From NCBI RefSeq assembly GCF_963921235.1, contig NC_086097.1, positions 209,686,001 through 209,750,000 of the forward strand: 64,000 nt of DNA, given 5' to 3'. The stretch comes from Mobula hypostoma (Eukaryota). Shown one piece after another: positions 24,630 to 36,734 of this stretch (positions are counted from its first letter, which is position 1; each line of letters starts with the position of its first letter). The position numbers and the translations under genes are program-made. The notes below the pieces were generated by a model. The model was given only the letters and a program-made list of their open reading frames with translations, was not told the origin of the DNA and ran no database searches.

Positions 24630-25404
24630 GCACCTCTTCCTACAGATGCTGCTTGGCCTGTTGCGTTCACCAGCAACTTTGATGTATGTTACATAAAACA
24701 ATATATTACCATATTATTTAATAAAGTGTGATTCAAAATGCATATAAAGTGGGCAGCACAGGTAAACAGTTCGCTGTCCTAATGACGAGACCATGGAGAG
24801 GGCCGGGTATTATTAAAATTGTTTTTTCTTCTGAAAATGGCTGCGCTTAAACCCAGCCCATCACGGTCTTCGATGTACCTGTAAGTGGAAGTGTTTCAGG
24901 AAAAAAACCCCGAAGAACTTGTTTGCTGCGAGCGCATTTTTAAAGATGTCTTAGCTGACGATTTAGGAATTTTGCTCCAATTTAAACCCTGCTGTAATCC
25001 CCTTTAGACGCCAATGCGCCCCGCCTGTATACGACAGCCTCGCGCAGTCAGGTTGTCACCGCCAGCCTTGGGAATTTCTTCGCCAGGCTTTTGTACTTCA
25101 TCACCGACAGTTGTCCGGATGATTTGAGCGTCATTACAGATGGCAGTAACTGAACTGATGGAATATGGGAGAGAGAGCGAGAGGTCAACTATAAAGCCCA
25201 CCCACAGAGAAAACAGATAGGTCTACTTAGCACAAAGAGAGATCAAGCAGGATTCATTCATTTTCTTTCTTTCTTCTTTTTCCCTCTCCCTCTCCCTCTC
25301 TAAAAAATCGATTTCCAGGATATTGTATATAATTTGCGGGCATCAGGGAGCCGCTATCAGTACGCGGGAGACTCCCGGAACTCCCGGGAGAGGTGGGATG
25401 TCTG

Positions 25405-25939
25405 AATGTAGTATCATCAGCAAACTTAGATAAACTACATTCTGTCCCCTCCTCCAGATTGTTAATGTATATCGTGAACAGTTACAGATCCGGCACCGAC
25501 CCCAGTGTACATCACTCACTACTAATTGCCTTATCCAAGACTGGCTCTCCCCACCTTACTGGAATATACTTTTGTTGAGCACCGTGAAAAATCTCATTGA
25601 AAGTCTTCTACTGTTCCTGCACTGTCCCACCATATGGCCTGTGTTCCCAGTCTACACTAGCCAAATCCTCCCTCATTCCATTGTAGTCTCCATTATAATA
25701 CATTGGTTTTAGATCAAGCAATTGCACCCTCCATTAGTATGAGAAACTCAGTCATGCTGTGATCATTCTTTCCAAGAGGTTCCCTAACTACAAGATCACT
25801 AACTTTTGCTGTCTCATTGCACAGGATCAGATGTAAGATACCACGTTCCCTTGAAGGTTCAGTAACATGCTGTTCAAGAAAACCATCATGGATGATTGTG
25901 AAGCAGCAAGTTTTATGCCTCATTCCTGTCTTCTAAATG
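25405..25939 (-). mobile_element. Degraded CR1 (continuation of 22482-23332)
   Basis: gtatcatcagcaaac (FADD on minus) right after the hAT end, and FLEQHVTEPSRERGILHLIL..EPLGKNDH endonuclease motif. Confidence 0.75.
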
Positions 25940-26515
25940 CAGACATCCCACCACTCCCGGAAGTTCCAGGAGTCTCCCGCATGTTAATAATGGCTCCCTG
26001 ATGCCCACAAATTATATACAATATCCCGGAAATCAACTTTTTTTTAGGGCGAGCGAGCGAGAGAGCGCTAGAACGAGAGAGAGAGAGCAAGAGAGAGCAT
26101 GAGAGAGCGAGCGTGAGAGAGAGAGAGCGCGCACGCGAAGGAGAAAGTGAGAGAGAGAGCGCGCCATGGGAGAGTGTTCCAAAAAAAAACATAAAACGTA
26201 CGTCACCCCAGACTACACTAAAATGTACCCCTGCCTAATAGGGGTCAAAAATAATGACAGTGTTGCTCTCTGCACTGTTTGCAACAGTGACTTTTCTATT
26301 GCCCATGGTGGGTTAAGACTGTAAAAGACATGTTGAGGTGAGTTTAACAGGGGTCATTCATTCATTAGCACAGCTAACGTTATTTAAACTAGTTGGCTAG
26401 CTGCTAAGGAGCTACTCTATTGCAGACATCCTACCTCTCCCGGAAGTTCCGGGAGTCTCCTGCAAATTGATGATGCTACCTCCCTGAAATGAGTTTTTGC
26501 AGGGTGGGTTGTCTG
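25940..26515 (+). mobile_element. Non-autonomous hAT element with 6-bp TSD (copy B)
   Basis: TIRs cagacatcccacc / ggtgggttgtctg, exact TSD taaatg (25934-25939, 26516-26521), both ends homologous to copy A in opposite orientation, extra internal left end at 26423. Confidence 0.88.
26166..26337 (+). pseudogene. hAT transposase putative exon 1 (BED-like Zn finger)
   Basis: gcgccATGG Kozak context. MGECSKKKHKTYVTPDYTKMYPCLIGVKNNDSVALCTVCNSDFSIAHGGL(fs)DCKRHVE, followed by GAG|GTGAGT donor. Confidence 0.75.
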
Positions 26516-26639
26516 TAAATGAACCTTGGATTTAAACACCAGAATCCAACAGTGCCATGAGGAAGTAGGCGATGATCTTATTTACACCACAGAACTGCCT
26601 GTAACTATCCTATCTCACTAAAAAGGTGACCGTGACACA

Positions 26640-28725
26640 AATAGAAACATAGAAACATAGAAAATAGGTGCAGGAGTAGGCCATTCAGCCCTTCGAGCCT
26701 GCACTGCCATTCAGTATGATCATGGCTGATCATCCAACTCAGAACCCTGTACCAGCCTTCCCTCCATACGCCCTGATCCCTTTAGCCACAAGGGCCATAT
26801 CTAACTCCCTCTTAAATATAGCCAATTAACTGGCCTCAACTGTTTCCTGTGGCAGATAATTCCACAGATTCACCACTCTCTGTGTGAAGAAGTTTTTCCT
26901 AATCTCGGTCCTAAAAGGCTTCCCCTTTATCCTCAAACTGTGACCCCTCGTTCTGGACTTCCCCAACATCGGGAACAATCTTCCTGCATCTAACCTGTCC
27001 AATCCCTTTAGGATTTTATACGTTTCAGTAAGATCCCCCCATAATCTTCTAAATTCCAACGAGTATAAGCCTAATCGATCCAGTCTTTCATCATATGAAA
27101 GTCCTGCCATCCCAGGAATCAATCTGGTGAACCTTCTACGTACTCCCTCTATGGCAAGAATGCCTTTCTTCAGATTAGGGGACCAAAACTGCACACAATA
27201 CTCCAGATGTGGTCTCACCAAGGCCTTGTACAACTGCAGTAGTACCTCCCTGCTCCTGTACTCGAATCCTCTTGCTATGAATGCCAGCATACCATTCGTC
27301 TTTTTCACCGCCTGCTGTACCTGCATGCCCACTTTCAATGACTGGTGTATAATCTCCCCTTTTCCTAATCGGCCACCATTCAGATAATAATCTGTTTTCC
27401 TGTTCTTGCCACCAAAGTGGATAATCTCACATCCACATTAAATTGCATCTGCCATGAATTTGCCCACTCACCTAACCTATCCAAGTCACCCTGCATCCTC
27501 TTAGCATCCTCCTCACAGCTAACACTGCCGCCCAGCTTCGTCTTATCCGCAAACTTGGAGATGCTGCATTTAATTCCCTCATCTAAGTCATTAATACACA
27601 TATTGTAAACATCTGGGGTCCCAGCACTGAGCCTTGCAGTACCCCACTAGTCACTGCCTGCCATTCTGAAAAGGTCCCGTTTATTCCCACTCTTTGCTTC
27701 CTGTCTGCCAACCAATTCTCTATCCACATCAATACCTTACCCCCAATACCGTGTGCTTTAAGTTTACACACTAATCTCCTGTGTGGGACCTTGTCAAAAG
27801 CCTTTTGAAAATCCAAATATACCACATCCACTGGTTTTCCCCTATCCACTCTACTAGTTACATCCTCAAAAAATTCTATGAGATTTGTCAGACATGATTT
27901 TCCTTTCACAAATCCATGCTGACTTTGTCCGATGTTTTCACCGCTTTCCAAATGTGCACATCTCCACAACTTTGATAAGTGACACTAGCATTTTCCCCAC
28001 CACCGATGTTAGGCTAACCGGTCTATAATTCCCCAGTTTCTCTCTCAATCCTTTTTTAAAAAGCGGGGTTACATTAGCCACCCTCCAATCCTCAGGAACT
28101 AGTCCAGAATCTAAAGAGTTTTGAAAAATTATCACTAATGCATCCACTATGTCTTGGGCAACTTCCTTAAGCACTCTGGGATGCAGACCATCTTGCCCTG
28201 GGGATTTATCTACCTTTAATCCCTTCAATTTACCTAACACCACTTCCCTACTAACATGTATTTCCCTCAGTTCCTCCATCTCACTAGACCCTCTGTCCCC
28301 TATTATTTCCAGAAGATTATTTATGTCCTCCTTAGTGAAGACAGAACCAAAGTAGTTATTCAATTGGTCTGCCATATCCTTGTTCCCCATAATCAATTCA
28401 CCTGTTTCTGTCTGTAGGGGACCTACATTTGTCTTAACTAATCTTTTTCTTTTCACATATCTATAAAAGCTTTTACAGTAAGTTTTTATGTTCCCTGCCA
28501 GTTTTCTCTCATAATCTTTTTTCCCTTTCCTAATTAAGCCCTTTGTCCTCCTCTGCTGGGCTCTGAATTTCTCCCAGTCCTCAGGTGAGCCGCTTTTTCT
28601 GGCTAATTTGTATGCTTCTTCTTTGGAATTGATACTATCCCTAATTTTCCTTGTCAGCCATGGGTGCACTATCTTCCCTGATTTATTCTTTTGCCAAACT
28701 GGGATGAAAAATTGTTGTATTTCAT
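26640..28725 (-). mobile_element. CR1 LINE, 5'-truncated (~2.1 kb)
   Basis: ORFs 26826-28669 with DKSPGQDGLHPRVLKE, NYRPVSLTS, QHGFVKGKSCLTNL, SKFAD, and an (atagaaac)n tail. Confidence 0.95.
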
Positions 28726-28875
28726 CTGATAGACTGTTTTAAGAGGTCAAACTTCGAAGTGTTGATGGAGCTTTTCTTTCAAATCTTGTATTTGTAGTTA
28801 TTAATTTATAGTTAAATTTTGTGCAACAGTCACCTTCTGAGACTTGATCTTTATTGAAAAACAAGGCCAAAATCT

Positions 28876-29005
28876 AATCACAAACAAGAGAATATCTTCA
28901 GATGCTGGAAATCCAAGCAACACACACAAAATGCGGAGGAACTCAGCAGGCCAGGCAGCATCTATGGAAAATAGTACAGTCGACTCTTCAGGCCGAGATC
29001 CTTCA
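28876..29005 (-). mobile_element. PLE pLTR 3' fragment
   Basis: Tail plus partial hammerhead, with exact 10-bp TSD gccaaaatct (28866-28875, 29006-29015). Confidence 0.85.
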
Positions 29006-29049
29006 GCCAAAATCTGTTTTGGGAATTTAGGAAAGTCTGAGTGAATGAA

Positions 29050-29885
29050 TTAAACTGAATTGTCTTGACTTTATTTCTTACATCCTTTACGTACGTGAGA
29101 AGTAGAAATCTTTACGTTACGTCTCCATCTGAATGTGCAATGTGCAATTTATAGTCACTCGTAATAAACAGTATGTACAACAGGACAGTCAATATAGCAT
29201 AGAAATACAATTGTATCAGCTTGTAGCAGTCTGATGGCCTGGTGGAAGAAGCTGTCCCAGAGCCTGTTGGTCCTCGCTTTAATGCTGCAGTACCATTTCC
29301 TGGATGGTAACAACTGGAACAGTTTGTGGTTGGGGTGACTCGGATCCCCAATGATCCTTTGGGCCCTTTTTACGCATTTGTCTCTATAAATGTACTGAAT
29401 AGTGGGAAGTTCAGATCTACAGATGCACTGGGCTGTCCACACCACTCTCTGCAGAGTCCTGCACTTAAGGAATTATAGTTCCCATATCAGGCAGTGATGC
29501 AGCAGCCAGTCAGGGTTCTCTCAATTGTCCCCCTGTAGAAAGTGCTTAGGATTTGGGGACTCATGCCAAACTTCTTCAACCACCTGAGGTGAAAGAGGTG
29601 CTGTTGTGCTTTCTTCACCACACAGCCGGTACGTACAGACCACGTGAGATCCTCGGTGATGTTTAAAGCTGTTCACCCTCTCAACCCCAGATCCATTGAT
29701 ATCAATGGGGGCTAGCCTGTCTTCATTCCTCCTGTAGTCCACTGCCATCTCCTTTGTTTCTGTAACATTGAGGGAGAGGTTGTTTTCTTGACGCCACTGT
29801 GTCAGGGTGATGACTTCTTCTCTGTAGGCTGGCTTGTTATTGTTTGAGATAAGGCCAGTCAATGTAGTATCATCTGCAAATTTAA
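29050..29885 (-). mobile_element. Rex1/Babar-type LINE fragment
   Basis: FADD..TGLISNNNKPAYREEV..LTQW..NNLSLNV, DPSHPNHKLFQLLPS. Confidence 0.85.
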
Positions 29886-30849
29886 TTTAGACTGGTAAAC
29901 TACCCACGCTGCTGCAATAAACTGGAGCTATCTCTTTTAAAGAAAAATACTTTCACAATTCAAATACTTTTCAAGGAACTTTCCTGATGTTCTTTCAGTT
30001 GCTGTTTAAGGTGAGTACTGTGCAAAAGTTGACTGTTGCCTGTGATTGTAAAGTGCATTTAACTGTAATGGCACAAGTGCTGAGCATGTAGCAGTGCGTA
30101 TAAAGCAGATATTTAGCATTTTATCATATTTCAGAAGTGCTTCAGAATCTAGGAGGGCAAAATCAGATGCTGAGAGGAAAAGCATGACAACCATTTTGAA
30201 TAATCCTGCACATTGTATTTTACCTGCATTAAGTAGTTTCTCAAACACAGACATTTGCACGAATATGCTCACCAATCATATTTTTCATGATGGACTTGAT
30301 GGTGTTGCAACTAGATTGTGACAGTGATGAATGCCTCGTAGCTGTTTTATCACGTTGAGAAGCAGTAACATTTTATTACAGTAATATCTTCCTAGCGGGA
30401 GGACGCTCAGATGATCCTCTCAGGAAAGACTTGAAATATTTTGGCATTTTGAGAGAAATGGGCTCAATGTCTGAAATTGTGGTGAACCTGTGGAAAGCTG
30501 TCGAAGCCAAGTCGCTGGGTGTATTTACAAAATGAAATACTCTTGATTGGTGAGGGGAGGGGAGGAGAATTCAAGAAGCAAATTTCAAAGTAAATGTACT
30601 GTCAACATACATATATGTCACCATATACGATCCTGAGATTCATAAATCAAATAACCGTAATAGAGTCAATGAAAGACCGTACCAACTGGGTGTACAACCA
30701 GTGAATGAAAGAAAACAAACTCTGCAAGTACAAAAAGAGATAATAATACTGATGATTAATGGGAGTGCCAGTCTACATTGAACGGAACTTTTCCCCTAGC
30801 AATGAAAGCTGTATGGTATTGAAGGCACTTGAGAAATCAAAAATCATAT

Positions 30850-32170
30850 TTCAGAGTTGAGGGAAAAGCCAATGAAGTGGTATCTGCTGTGGACCTGTTG
30901 TGCCAGTAGGCCAAACTGGAGTGAATCCAAGTTGCCTCTCAGACAGGCGTTGATACCTTTCATCACCAACCTCTCAAAACACTTCATCACTCACTGTGGT
31001 TGTAGGTGATATTGGACAACAGTCAACAAAGCAGGTTACCATGTTCTTCTTGGCCCCAGTATAATTGAAGCAGGTGGGTACCTTACTGCCAAAGTGAGAG
31101 GTAAAGGATCTCAGTGAACGCTCCAGCCAGTTGATCGGCACAGGTCTTTAGTACTTAGCTAGTTACCCCATCTGGGCCGAATGCTTTCCGTGGGTTCACC
31201 CTCCTCAGGCGTGCTGTCATGTTGGCCTCAGAGACTGAAATCACAGGGCCATCAGAGGTTGTAGGAGTTTGTGAAGGTCCCTCCATATTTTGATGATCAA
31301 AGCAAACATAGAAACCGTTGAGCTCATCTGGAAGCAAAGCCATGTTGTCACCTACTGTATGTTGCTTGATAAGAGGTGATAGCATTGAAGATCATAGATT
31401 CATGACTGTTTAATGTCATTTCCAGTACACAAGTGGAAATGAAAATGAAATAATTGTTACTCTGGATCTGATGCAGCACAAAAAAACACAATAAGATAAA
31501 GAACACAATAATGACAGGAAAAGCTAAATATAACTACATAAGAAATCTTATACACATCGATTGTCTGTCCATAAAGTGACACTAGGTACAGGAGTGTCTG
31601 TACATTGGTGACTGACTGGAAATGATAAAGTAGTGGTGATTGGCGTGTGGAGGGGTGGGTTAGTGTGTGGAGGTGTTGAGCAGCCTTCCTGCTTGGGGGA
31701 AGTTACTGCTTTTGTGTCTGGTGGTCTTGGTGTAGATGCTACGCAAGTCTCCTCCCTAATGGGAGTGGGACAAAGTCTACAAACAGGGTGGGTGGGATCC
31801 TTCATGATGCTACTGGCCCTTTTCCAGCACCTTTCTGTATACGTATATGTCATTGATGACAAGTAGGCTGGTGCCGGTGATGCATTGGCAGTTTTGACTA
31901 CCCGTTGCAGAGTCTTCCTGTCCACCGCTGTGCAGTTCCAGTGTCACACAGTGGGTGATCTCTACTGAACATCTGTAGAATGACATGAGCATAGATGTGC
32001 TCTATTCAGCCTCCTCAGAAAGTAGAGGCATTGGTGAACTTTTCTGATAGTGTGGAATGTGGTCTGGGACCATGCGAGGTTAGGTGAAAATTGCACTCCC
32101 AGGGGGTTGAAACTGCCCGCAGTTTCCACTGCTGTGCTGCCAGTGTAAAGAGGGGTGTGAGTGGTGTAAA
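30850..32170 (-). mobile_element. Rex1/Babar-type LINE fragments (two pieces)
   Basis: LPDELNGFYVCFD..VNPRKAFGPDGV (31155-31385), DRKTLQRVVKTA..IMKDPTHP (31548-31925), aagattc-type tail at ~31390. Confidence 0.8.
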
Positions 32171-32690
32171 AGAGGAGATGAGCCAGAGGGAGGTGATGGG
32201 TGGGTTAGGAGAGGGAAAGGGATGAAAGGATAACCAGAATGGAGAATGGAAAGGAGAGGAGAAAGGATAGGGGAAGAATTATCTGAAGTTAGAGAAATCA
32301 ACATTCATGCCATCAGGCTGGAGGCTACCCAGATGGAACATGAGGTATTACTCCTCCAACCAAAGTTTGGCCACATCAAAATGGGAATTGGAAGTTGAAA
32401 TGAAATGGATAGCTCCCTTATTAGAGTCCATCTTCTTCAACTCTTACACTTCTTCCACCTATCCCCTCCTAATATTTTAATTTGCCCCCCCCCTCCCTCA
32501 CCCACACACCTTCACCCTTATCTGGTCTCACCTGTCACTTGCTACCTTGTACCCCTTCTCCTCCCCCTCCATTTTTTATTCTGGCTTCATTTCCCCTTCC
32601 AGTCCCGATGAAGGGTGTCAGCCCGAAAAGTTGACTGTTTATTCCCCTCCATACATGTTCCCTGTTAGGCTAAGTTCCTCCGGTATTTTA
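32170..32690. mobile_element. Old PLE pieces in head-to-head orientation
   Basis: Minus-strand GIY-YIG end and purine-rich arm at 32170-32405, then + strand arm with decayed hammerhead agtcCCGATGAagggtgtcagcccGAAAagttgactg (~32601-32637). Confidence 0.7.
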
Positions 32691-33185
32691 AGACCATCAG
32701 ACACAGGAACAGAATTAGGCCACTCAGCCCATCGAGTCTGTTCCGCCATTCCATCATGGCTGATCCTGGGTCCCACCCAACCCCATACACCTGTCTTCTC
32801 ACTATATCCTTTGATGCCCTGAGTGAATGGGAAATGATCAACTTCCGCCTTAAATATACCCACGGACTTAGCCTCCACCACAGTCTGTGCAGAGCATTCC
32901 ACAGATTCACTACTCTGGCTAAAATGATTCCTCATCTCTGTTCTAAAAGGTCGGTCCTGGATATTGAGGCTGTGCTCCCTATTTCTGGATACCCCCACCA
33001 TAGGAAACATCCTCTCTATTTCCACCTTTTCTAGCCCTTTCAACATTTGATAGGTTTCAATGAGATCCCCACGCATTCTTCTAAACTGCAATGAGTACAG
33101 GCCCAAAGCTGCCACACGCTCCTCATAAGTTAACACCTTCATTCCCAGAATCAGTCCTATGAGCCACCTCTGGAGTCTGGCCAAT
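32690..33185 (-). mobile_element. CR1 3' fragment
   Basis: LGLYSLQFRRMRGDLIETYQML. Confidence 0.85.
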
Positions 33186-33709
33186 GATATGTTGGCCCTT
33201 TATACTTTCACTTGATTCTTTATTTCTTCACAAAACCACGTATGTAATCATAAGCCACACTATTTATTCACAATTTTACTTTAGATGGGTGGTTTGGCAG
33301 TGAAAAGGTGAAATAAAATATAACCGGATATATCCAGGGGATGGTGTGGCATAATGCTGACACAATACTCCTTCACCTTTAGGTTTAAAATCAAGCCCAA
33401 ATGAGTTTAGGGAGAGTTCGTCTTAGTCCCTGTAGATACCATCTCACATTAGCAATGTGCCTAGAAGCCATCACTAATTATGCTTTTCATACAGAGACTT
33501 TGAAACTGGTGATGCAATAAATAAAAAAGTCACATTACTGTTGCAGCTCTTCTGTTTTGTCAAGTGCTAAGGGAGTCCACGAGAAAAAGCTCCCAGAAGA
33601 GTATTTGTGGGGATTGTGTTTTTTTTAATTATCAGTGCTTTTCGTCTGCTGTACATGAGTAGAAAGGAAAGCTTGCAGATTGTGTGCAAGAAGTATTCAA
33701 TCCATTGGT

Positions 33710-33941
33710 ACTAAACACAAGAGATTCAGCAGATGATGGAAATCCAGAGTAACACACACAAAATGCTGGAGGAACTCAGCAGATCAGGCAGCCACTAGAA
33801 AAAGGAATAACGTGCCGATGTTTTGGACTGAGACACTGTCCCGATTAAGGATCTTGCCCCAAAAAGTTGACTCTTCATTCTTTTCCATAGGTGCTGCCTG
33901 ACCTGCTGAGTTACTGAGGTGCTGCATTTTGTGTGTGTTAT
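33710..33941. mobile_element. Old palindromic PLE insertion
   Basis: Minus arm with long tail 33712-33837, plus arm 33838-33939 ending tgtgtgtt. Flanks ttcaatccattggt (33696-33709) and ttcagtccattggt (33942-33955). Confidence 0.75.
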
Positions 33942-34569
33942 TTCAGTCCATTGGTGCTCCTTTTACACTCTCACATTTTCATTTTTTGCAGCTGTAAGTT
34001 TTCATGTATGCTCACCAATCTGTAAGCAATCTGTATAGACAATATGGTAATGACTGTACATTTATAAGGGGGAATGGTACAGTTCAGTCAGATTCCATCA
34101 TCTTTCATCTCCGCTGAAACGTCTTGCATTGAGGGATACAAGTAATATTCAAGAACAATGATATTTGAACTGATTTTCATTTCTCAAACCCTCAATGATA
34201 AATTCCATTGCAATACCATCACAGACCCTTTGGCTGAGATTCTACAAGATCTGAGATTAAAAATAATATTTTCTTAATGAAAAGTGCTATCAAGGTAAAT
34301 TTATCAACTCTACGAATGAAAATACTAAAAAGCAAAATGAAAACCTCTGCCTGTTATATTATCATTTAAATGTTTAACATTTGACCTATATAAAGATGAT
34401 TGATACCTCCATTTACTTCCAGCACTCATTTTTGGAAAGTTATTGGACAGAAAACTGAGGCCTACAACCATTAAATTTTAATATGTATGAGAAGGATTAG
34501 AGTCTGCCCAAACATTCAATCATCACTGATTTTTTTTACTCCAAATAATACTCACCAGCATGCTTATTG

Positions 34570-35848
34570 ATAGGACTGCTCTACGACAGATGCCATTACA
34601 TCTGTCATGTATGTGGTCCTGACACACCTAGAACGCAAGGATACTTATCTTGTAGAATACTGTTTTTGGATTTCAGTTTGGCATTCAACATTATTGTCCC
34701 ATGGACCTTGGTGAACAAGCTCCCACTCCTCATTCTAAATACACCACTGTGCATCTGGGTGTTGGACTTCCTAACAAATAAACCTTAGATAGTCAGGATG
34801 CTCCCCTCTTCCCATCATCCACAATGTGGGTGCCCCCTAGGCCTGTGCACTGAGCTCACTGCTATACACTCTTCTCACACAATACTGCATGGCCAAATAT
34901 CTGAAAAATCACATTATCGAACAGTGGTGGGGCTCATCACCAACAATAATGAGACCGCCTACAGAGAGGAGGTGGAAGAGCTCGAGGCCTAGTGCCAGGC
35001 AAATAACCTCTTCCTCAATGTCAACAACACAAGGAAGATAGTTATCAACTTCAGGAGAACTCACATAACTCACATCACTCACACCCCTTGTTACATCTGC
35101 GGCACAGCAGTGAAAATTGTGAGCAGTTTCAAACTCATGAGAGTACACATCCCACAGAACCTCTCATGGTCCCAGGACGCATCCTACAAAATCAGGAAAG
35201 CTCATCATTGTCTCTACTCTCTGAGGAGAGCTGGACAATGCACATCCATACTCTTGTCATTCTTCAGATGTGCAGTAGAGGGCATCCTAACAAGCTGCAT
35301 CAGTGCTTGGTACAGAAACTGCACTGCAGTGGACAGGAAGACTCTACAATGGGTAGTCAAAACTGCCCAATGCATCACCGGCACCAGCCTACCAACTATC
35401 AAAAACATGTTTACAGAAGGGTCCGTAACATCATAAAGGATCCCACCCATCCTGCTCATGGACTTGCTTGTCCCACTGCCACGAGGGAGGAGGCTACATA
35501 GCATTCATTTTATGCACATAAAAGCTGTGTATATAAGCTATCTTAAGTACTTATATTTACTTCAGATACAAGAGGTACTGCAGATGCTGGAAATCTAGAA
35601 CAATTCGCACAATGTGCTAGAGGAGCTCAGCAGGTCAGGTAGCATCTATGGATGGGACTAAACAGTCAAACACTTTGGGCCAAGACCCTTCATTAGGATG
35701 TTTATTATTTTTTTTTAATTATTACTGTTTTTTTTATCTTACTGTGTTTTTTTTCCTGCTTCATTAGATCCAGAGTAACAATTACTTTGTTATTCTTCAT
35801 AGTTGTGTATTGGAAATGCCATTGAAGTATCTTAAATCTTGAATCTCA
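34570..35848 (+). mobile_element. Rex1/Babar-type LINE fragment with PLE insertion at ~35563-35700
   Basis: [48 protein letters not shown], tcttgaatct tail. Confidence 0.8.
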
Positions 35849-36734
35849 ATTTCTAGCCATAAGCTGGTCGTTGTGACATGTCACTGTTCATAGGAATGTT
35901 CTGCACAGAGTATGGCTGCTGTGTTTTCCAAATGATGACACTGACTGCACATCTCAAGTACTTAACTGGTTATGAAGTGCATCGGGATGTCCCAAGGCTA
36001 TGAAAACTACTTTATAGATGCAAATTAATTTTCATTCATTTTCATTTTCTTGTGTTCTCACTTTTCATATCCCACATGCTGTCATCCCTGATTTATAGCT
36101 GGCTTCATTATAGTGGCTGCAGGGCTGTTTGAATCGCAGTTGACCTGTGGGAGAAAAGTTAATATTTAGCATAAGAATGGCTTTCTGGGACCTACTCTGC
36201 AGTTAGCAGTTTTCTGGAAGCAAAGTTTTATTTGGCAAATCTGTTCAGTGGTTTGTGGTTAAAAGTGGCAGGGTCAATAAGGGGTAGGAGAGGATATGAT
36301 GCATTTGGTTCTTCAAATCATTTGAATAGATAACACATTAGAAGTTTCATTCCAAAATATGGATTCATTAAATTATGGGTAATTCATTAGCATGAATTAA
36401 TGACTGAGGTTGGGTAAGGAACAAGGAACAGAGTAAGAATGAAAGTTTTATTGATGGGTTGACAGACTGTATTGAGTTTTCTACTGCTAAGCTCATGCAA
36501 AGCCTCAGTTATTTCCAATTTATTTCAAGGACTGAATGAGCAGGCTGAAGTTGATCTACTCAAGTTTTTACACAGAGCTGGCAAAGGAATATGGATATAT
36601 TAAGAGAGGAGGCAAGACATGCCAGATTGAGCTGTGACATTATCTAGCCTGGTGAGAATAAACAAAGCAGAGTAGTTTTGAAAGTTAAGTGACTGGAAAT
36701 TTTAGTTTCCGGGGATAATATGCTCTCCAGTAAA

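Larger units (their letters stand above)
24129..24690. mobile_element. Palindromic (head-to-head) PLE pLTR insertion
   Basis: Arms 24161-24413 and 24438-24690 are inverted (253 bp, 9 mismatches by manual count) with a 24-nt spacer. Exact 15-bp TSD acataaaacaatata at 24114-24128 and 24691-24705. Confidence 0.95.
24015..24810 (-). mobile_element. Rex1-type LINE 3' end (host of the PLE palindrome)
   Basis: ttcaagttcaagtttattgtcat tail and 3' UTR similar to 47940-48200, split by the 24129-24690 insertion. Confidence 0.6.
23333..25404 (-). mobile_element. Non-autonomous hAT element with 6-bp TSD (copy A), carrying cargo
   Basis: TIRs cagacatctcacc (23333) / ggtgggatgtctg (25404), flanks aattta / aatgta, and it interrupts a CR1. 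Transposase remnant on the minus strand at 23393-23749. Confidence 0.85.

Noticed and set aside
24155..24696. Two mirror-image 173-aa ORFs on opposite strands
   Set aside because: Artefact of the PLE palindrome. The same low-complexity peptides recur wherever the pLTR occurs.
26048..26163. GA-rich low-complexity run giving a Leu/Ser/Arg ORF
   Set aside because: Simple repeat inside hAT copy B.
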